Position numbers and translations under genes: made by a program. From Escherichia coli (GTDB lineage Bacteria > Pseudomonadota > Gammaproteobacteria > Enterobacterales > Enterobacteriaceae), in the NCBI RefSeq assembly GCF_036507355.1, contig NZ_AP027877.1: a stretch of DNA of 64,000 nt; one strand, 5' to 3'. Of this stretch, positions 58,121-64,000 are shown one piece after another. Below the pieces are notes generated by a model. The model had not been told where the DNA came from and did no database searches. It saw only the letters and a list, made by a program, of their open reading frames with translations. Position 1 is the first letter of the stretch. Every line of letters starts with the position of its first letter.

Positions 58121-59503
58121 TTATTGCTGCCAACCGCCACCAAGTGCGGTATATAAAGAAATTTCGTTGACCTGACGGGCATAATTCAGGTCAAGTAAGG
58201 TTTGTCGGGTTGCAAATAAAGAACGCTCGGCATCCAGCACTTCCAGATAACTTACCGCGCCGTGCTGATATAATGCCCGCGCCCGTTGCAAAGTAATTTG
58301 CAGCGACGCCAGATAACGCTGCTGGGCGCTGATTTGATCGTTCAGGCTTTGACGTAATGCCAGCGCATCTGCCACTTCTTTAAAGGCGTTCTGGATTTTC
58401 TGTTCATAATTCACTACCGACTGCTGCTGGCGAATTTCGGCGATATCCAGATTGGCCTGGTTGCGTCCGGCATTAAAAATGGGGATCTCAATTTTAGGAA
58501 TAAAATTCCACATCCCGCTGCTGGCGTTAAATAATGACGACAGATCGCTGCTGGCGGTTGATATTCCGCTGGTCAGGCTTATAGATGGGAAAAATGCCGC
58601 GCGTGCGGCCCCAATATTGGCATTAGCCGCCATTAACGCGTGTTCAGCTTCCATAATATCCGGGCGCTGCAATAAGATTTGCGACGACAAGCCCGCCGGT
58701 AATTTAACGCTTTGCAGGCTGTCGCTGTTTACTGTCTGCGCTTGCGGCAGCTTGCCGTAGCTTCCCAATAACAGTTGCAATGCATTATTCGCCTGCGCCA
58801 GTTCCCCCTGACGTTTAGCGATGTCACTGCGGGTACTTTCTATCACCCCGCGAGCCTGTTCCAGCGCCAGAACATTGCTGCTACCGGTCAACAGTTGTTT
58901 TTCGACAAACGCATATGACTGCTGATAATTACGCAGCGTTTCTTCGGCTATTTGCAATTGCGCATACGCCAGTTGCTGATTGAAATAGCTTTGCGCGACA
59001 TTAGAAACCAGCAGAATATGCACCGCGCGCTGAGCTTCCTCAGTGGCTAAATAATTTTGTCGCTCGGCTTCGCTCATGTTCTTTAAGCGCCCGAAAAAAT
59101 CGAGGTCAAAGCTGGCGTTAAGGCCAGTAGAAAACTCCCGCGTCGTGGCTGAATCGCCTTTAAGATTGCCGCTCCAGCTGCCGCTGCCCTCGCCATTGAG
59201 CTGTGGGTAGCGGTCGGCATCGGTCAGACGATATTGCGCCCGTGCCTCCTGCACTTTCAGCGTCGCCATGCGCAAATCCCGGTTATTCACCAGCGCCTCG
59301 CTAATCAGCGTCTTCACCTGATTATCAACAAAAAAGGTGCGCCAGCCCGCGTTCTGATAGTTATCTGCTGCGTTAACGAGGCCGTTCTGGCTGAGTGAGA
59401 ACTGCTGCGGTACGGGCATTGCCGGGCGCTGATAATCCGGTGCCAGTGAACAACCGGTTAGCGCAAGGGCCACACAAAATGGCAGAAGTTTACAAGGAGA
59501 CAT
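58121..59503 (-). CDS. cusC: Copper/silver efflux outer membrane factor CusC
   Basis: 460-aa ORF MSPCKLLPFCVALALTGCSLAPDY... with lipoprotein signal. Confidence 0.93.
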   Translation of the reverse strand: MSPCKLLPFCVALALTGCSLAPDYQRPAMPVPQQFSLSQNGLVNAADNYQNAGWRTFFVDNQVKTLISEALVNNRDLRMATLKVQEARAQYRLTDADRYPQLNGEGSGSWSGNLKGDSATTREFSTGLNASFDLDFFGRLKNMSEAERQNYLATEEAQRAVHILLVSNVAQSYFNQQLAYAQLQIAEETLRNYQQSYAFVEKQLLTGSSNVLALEQARGVIESTRSDIAKRQGELAQANNALQLLLGSYGKLPQAQTVNSDSLQSVKLPAGLSSQILLQRPDIMEAEHALMAANANIGAARAAFFPSISLTSGISTASSDLSSLFNASSGMWNFIPKIEIPIFNAGRNQANLDIAEIRQQQSVVNYEQKIQNAFKEVADALALRQSLNDQISAQQRYLASLQITLQRARALYQHGAVSYLEVLDAERSLFATRQTLLDLNYARQVNEISLYTALGGGWQQ

Positions 59504-59572
59504 AGGCTCATAATTTCTGGTGATTTTATACCGCCAACTTTACTCGCCAGGCTCTGATTTTCCGGTGACAGG

Positions 59573-59594
59573 AAAATGACAAAATTGTCATTTT
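59573..59594. promoter_or_regulatory. Palindromic CusR box in the cusC / cusR divergent promoter region
   Basis: AAAATGACAAAATTGTCATTTT is a near-perfect inverted repeat of the kind bound by CusR. Confidence 0.6.
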
Positions 59595-59659
59595 GCCAAT
59601 AAGCGATTGCCATCTGATCCCGCTACTCTAGAATTGCCCGGGCAACATGCGGAGGAAAT

Positions 59660-60343
59660 ATGAAACTGTTGATTGTCGAAGATGAAAAGAAAACCGGAGA
59701 ATACTTGACCAAAGGGTTAACCGAAGCCGGTTTTGTGGTCGATTTGGCCGACAACGGGCTGAATGGCTACCATCTGGCGATGACCGGTGATTATGATCTG
59801 ATAATCCTCGATATTATGCTGCCGGACGTGAACGGCTGGGATATCGTGCGCATGTTGCGCTCCGCCAATAAAGGGATGCCGATTCTGTTGCTTACCGCGC
59901 TTGGCACCATTGAACATCGCGTCAAGGGGCTGGAGTTGGGGGCAGATGACTACCTGGTGAAACCATTCGCTTTTGCTGAACTACTGGCGCGGGTGCGCAC
60001 TCTCCTGCGGCGCGGGGCGGCGGTGATTATCGAAAGTCAGTTTCAGGTTGCCGATCTGATGGTCGATCTCGTCAGCCGCAAAGTCACCCGCAGCGGCACG
60101 CGCATCACTTTGACCAGTAAAGAGTTTACTCTGCTGGAGTTTTTTCTCCGCCATCAGGGCGAAGTGCTGCCCCGCTCGCTTATCGCCTCGCAGGTATGGG
60201 ACATGAATTTTGACAGCGACACTAACGCCATTGATGTGGCGGTGAAGCGGCTGCGCGGCAAAATCGACAACGACTTTGAGCCGAAGCTGATTCAGACCGT
60301 GCGCGGCGTGGGCTATATGCTTGAGGTACCTGATGGTCAATAA
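59660..60343 (+). CDS. cusR: Copper-responsive response regulator CusR
   Basis: 227-aa OmpR-family [36 protein letters not shown]... Confidence 0.95.
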
Positions 60344-61775
60344 GCCATTTCAGCGCCCGTTTTCGCTGGCAACCCGCCTGACCTTTTTTATCAGCCTGGC
60401 CACCATCGCGGCGTTTTTCGCCTTTGCATGGATCATGATCCACTCAGTAAAAGTGCATTTTGCCGAGCAGGATATTAATGATTTAAAAGAGATTAGCGCC
60501 ACCCTTGAACGGGTACTAAATCACCCTGACGAAACGCAAGCCCGACGCTTAATGACGCTGGAAGATATCGTCAGTGGTTATTCCAACGTGTTGATTTCCC
60601 TGGCAGATAGCCACGGCAAAACGGTGTATCACTCCCCCGGTGCGCCTGATATCCGCGAGTTTGCACGTGATGCCATACCCGATAAAGACGCGCGGGGTGG
60701 CGAGGTGTATCTCCTTTCCGGCCCGACGATTATGATGCCAGGCCACGGTCACGGGCATATGGAACACAGCAACTGGCGGATGATTAACTTGCCGGTTGGC
60801 CCGTTGGTGGACGGCAAACCGATTTATACGCTATACATCGCGCTGTCGATCGATTTTCATCTTCATTACATAAATGATTTGATGAATAAACTTATTATGA
60901 CCGCATCGGTAATCAGCATCCTGATCGTCTTTATCGTGCTGTTGGCGGTACATAAAGGTCACGCGCCGATCCGCAGCGTCAGCCGTCAAATCCAGAATAT
61001 CACCTCGAAAGATCTCGACGTTCGCCTCGACCCGCAGACCGTGCCCATTGAGCTGGAACAGCTGGTACTGTCGTTCAACCATATGATCGAGCGTATTGAG
61101 GATGTCTTTACCCGCCAGTCCAATTTCTCAGCGGATATCGCTCACGAAATTCGCACGCCGATTACCAATCTCATCACGCAAACGGAAATCGCCCTCAGCC
61201 AGTCTCGCAGCCAGAAGGAGCTGGAAGATGTGCTCTACTCTAATCTCGAAGAGCTGACGCGAATGGCGAAAATGGTCAGCGATATGCTGTTTCTCGCTCA
61301 GGCCGATAACAACCAGCTAATCCCCGAAAAGAAAATGCTCAACCTGGCGGATGAAATCGGCAAAGTGTTCGATTTTTTCGAGGCGTTAGCGGAAGATCGC
61401 GGCGTGGAGTTGCGATTTGTTGGCGACGAGTGCCAGGTTGCGGGCGATCCGCTGATGCTGCGTCGGGCGTTAAGCAACCTGCTTTCGAACGCCCTGCGTT
61501 ATACGCCACCCGGAGAGGCTATTGTAGTACGCTGCCAGACGGTCGATCATCTGGTGCAAGTTATCGTCGAAAACCCCGGTACGCCCATTGCGCCCGAGCA
61601 CTTACCGCGATTGTTTGACCGTTTCTACCGCGTTGACCCCTCCCGCCAACGAAAAGGCGAAGGTAGCGGCATTGGGCTGGCGATAGTGAAATCGATTGTT
61701 GTCGCACATAAAGGCACGGTTGCAGTAACGTCAGATGCGCGGGGAACAAGATTTGTTATCACATTACCCGCTTAA
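60333..61775 (+). CDS. cusS: Copper-sensing histidine kinase CusS
   Basis: ORF 60321..61775 trimmed to [19 protein letters not shown]...; overlaps the cusR stop by 11 nt. Confidence 0.93.
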
Positions 61776-61924
61776 TCCTTCAGCAAACGGCAACTTTTAT
61801 AACCAGTGTAAAAATAACGTGCCGCAATAGTCATACCTATTAATGGTAAAAAGCTGTCACAATTCATAAAAAACCTTAATATACGCCACCCTAAACATAA
61901 CCAGCGTTAATGTAAGGTTTTTGT

Positions 61925-64000
61925 GTGGACTGGCTTCTTGATGTTTTTGCTACCTGGCTCTATGGCTTAAAAGTAATCGCGATAACGTTAGCGGTCATCA
62001 TGTTCATCAGCGGGCTGGACGATTTTTTTATTGATGTCGTCTACTGGGTACGCCGCATTAAACGCAAGTTGAGTGTTTATCGCCGCTACCCGCGAATGAG
62101 TTACCGCGAACTGTATAAACCAGATGAAAAACCGTTAGCGATTATGGTTCCGGCGTGGAATGAAACGGGCGTCATCGGCAATATGGCCGAGCTGGCGGCG
62201 ACCACGCTCGACTACGAAAACTATCATATCTTTGTTGGCACCTACCCCAACGACCCCGATACTCAGCGTGATGTTGACGAAGTGTGCGCTCGCTTCCCGA
62301 ATGTGCATAAGGTAGTCTGCGCGCGTCCTGGCCCCACCAGCAAAGCCGACTGTCTGAACAACGTGCTGGACGCCATCACCCAGTTTGAACGTAGCGCCAA
62401 TTTCGCATTTGCTGGTTTTATTCTGCATGACGCCGAAGATGTGATTTCACCGATGGAGTTGCGTCTGTTCAACTATCTGGTCGAGCGTAAAGATCTGATT
62501 CAGATCCCGGTATACCCATTCGAACGCGAATGGACGCACTTCACCAGCATGACTTACATTGATGAGTTTTCAGAACTGCATGGCAAAGATGTTCCGGTGC
62601 GTGAAGCCCTCGCCGGACAAGTGCCCAGCGCAGGCGTCGGCACCTGTTTCAGCCGCCGCGCCGTGACCGCACTGTTAGCTGACGGTGACGGTATTGCTTT
62701 CGACGTGCAGAGTCTTACTGAAGATTACGACATTGGCTTCCGCCTGAAAGAAAAAGGTATGACGGAAATTTTTGTCCGTTTTCCGGTGGTGGACGAAGCC
62801 AAAGAACGCGAGCAGCGTAAATTTTTACAGCACGCACGGACGTCAAACATGATCTGCGTGCGCGAATATTTCCCCGATACCTTTTCGACTGCGGTTCGAC
62901 AAAAATCTCGCTGGATCATCGGCATTGTTTTCCAGGGCTTTAAAACCCACAAATGGACCTCCAGCCTGACGCTGAACTACTTTCTCTGGCGCGACCGCAA
63001 AGGGGCAATCAGTAACTTTGTCAGCTTCCTCGCAATGCTGGTGATGATCCAGCTTTTGCTGTTGCTGGCGTATGAAAGTTTGTGGCCCGATGCCTGGCAT
63101 TTCCTTTCTATTTTTAGCGGCAGCGCATGGTTAATGACCCTGCTGTGGCTAAACTTTGGCTTGATGGTTAACCGCATCGTGCAGCGGGTGATTTTCGTCA
63201 CTGGCTACTACGGCCTGACGCAGGGGCTACTATCTGTCCTGCGTCTTTTCTGGGGCAACCTGATTAACTTTATGGCCAACTGGCGCGCGTTAAAACAGGT
63301 ACTTCAACACGGCGATCCACGTCGCGTCGCGTGGGATAAAACAACGCATGACTTCCCCAGCGTCACTGGCGATACCCGCTCGTTGCGCCCGTTAGGTCAA
63401 ATTCTGCTGGAAAATCAGGTCATCACTGAAGAACAGCTCGATACAGCACTGCGTAATCGCGTCGAAGGTCTACGCCTGGGCGGTTCAATGCTGATGCAGG
63501 GGCTGATTAGCGCCGAGCAGCTGGCACAGGCGCTGGCAGAGCAAAACGGCGTGGCGTGGGAATCCATCGATGCCTGGCAGATCCCGTCCTCGCTGATTGC
63601 CGAAATGCCGGCCTCCGTGGCGCTGCATTATGCGGTACTGCCGCTGCGTCTGGAAAATGATGAGTTAATTGTCGGCAGTGAAGATGGTATTGACCCGGTT
63701 TCGCTGGCGGCCCTGACACGTAAAGTCGGACGCAAAGTGCGTTACGTCATTGTTCTGCGGGGACAAATTGTCACGGGGTTACGTCACTGGTATGCACGCC
63801 GACGCGGTCACGATCCGCGGGCAATGTTGTACAATGCGGTTCAGCATCAGTGGCTCACGGAACAGCAGGCCGGTGAAATCTGGCGGCAATATGTGCCGCA
63901 TCAGTTCCTGTTCGCCGAAATACTGACCACGCTCGGTCATATTAATCGTTCAGCAATTAACGTGTTGTTATTGCGCCATGAACGCAGTTCTCTGCCGCTC
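61925..64000 (+). CDS. nfrB: Bacteriophage N4 adsorption protein B (family 2 glycosyltransferase), 3' end beyond window; GTG start; not in ORF track
   Basis: Open frame from the GTG at 61925 to the window end translates (M)DWLLDVFATWLYGLKVIAITLAVIMFISGLDDFFIDVVYWVRR...; AAGG ribosome-binding site upstream. Confidence 0.88.
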   Translation, partial: MDWLLDVFATWLYGLKVIAITLAVIMFISGLDDFFIDVVYWVRRIKRKLSVYRRYPRMSYRELYKPDEKPLAIMVPAWNETGVIGNMAELAATTLDYENYHIFVGTYPNDPDTQRDVDEVCARFPNVHKVVCARPGPTSKADCLNNVLDAITQFERSANFAFAGFILHDAEDVISPMELRLFNYLVERKDLIQIPVYPFEREWTHFTSMTYIDEFSELHGKDVPVREALAGQVPSAGVGTCFSRRAVTALLADGDGIAFDVQSLTEDYDIGFRLKEKGMTEIFVRFPVVDEAKEREQRKFLQHARTSNMICVREYFPDTFSTAVRQKSRWIIGIVFQGFKTHKWTSSLTLNYFLWRDRKGAISNFVSFLAMLVMIQLLLLLAYESLWPDAWHFLSIFSGSAWLMTLLWLNFGLMVNRIVQRVIFVTGYYGLTQGLLSVLRLFWGNLINFMANWRALKQVLQHGDPRRVAWDKTTHDFPSVTGDTRSLRPLGQILLENQVITEEQLDTALRNRVEGLRLGGSMLMQGLISAEQLAQALAEQNGVAWESIDAWQIPSSLIAEMPASVALHYAVLPLRLENDELIVGSEDGIDPVSLAALTRKVGRKVRYVIVLRGQIVTGLRHWYARRRGHDPRAMLYNAVQHQWLTEQQAGEIWRQYVPHQFLFAEILTTLGHINRSAINVLLLRHERSSLPL

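Overview
This window reads as an Escherichia coli-type chromosomal segment, colinear with the K-12 interval dcuC - dpiBA - citCDEFXGT - rna - rnk - ybdR - uspG - ahpCF - dsbG - ybdONM - ybdLH - cstA/ybdD - enterobactin ent/fep/fes cluster - hokE region - ybdKJF - nfsB - ybdG - pheP - cusCFBA/cusRS - nfrB, in inverted orientation. All gene identities were recognised by eye from the supplied translations and recalled family knowledge; no database search was run. I found no CRISPR array, tRNA, rRNA, integrase or obviously foreign defence island, so the window is mostly core genome and I cannot point to a clearly undescribed system. What departs from the canonical layout: (1) a partial IS1 at the window start, inserted in the extreme 5' end of dcuC; (2) an in-frame TAA nonsense codon in ybdR; (3) two diverged tandem hok/sok-type toxin loci between entD and ybdK; (4) a possible 29-codon hydrophobic ORF between rnk and ybdR. 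The most system-like uncharacterised module is ybdO-ybdN-ybdM (LysR regulator, PP-loop ATPase, ParB/Srx-like protein). Two real genes are missing from the ORF track because they run off the window: insB at the left edge and nfrB at the right edge. Start codons were adjusted where the longest ORF overshoots the recognised N-terminus.
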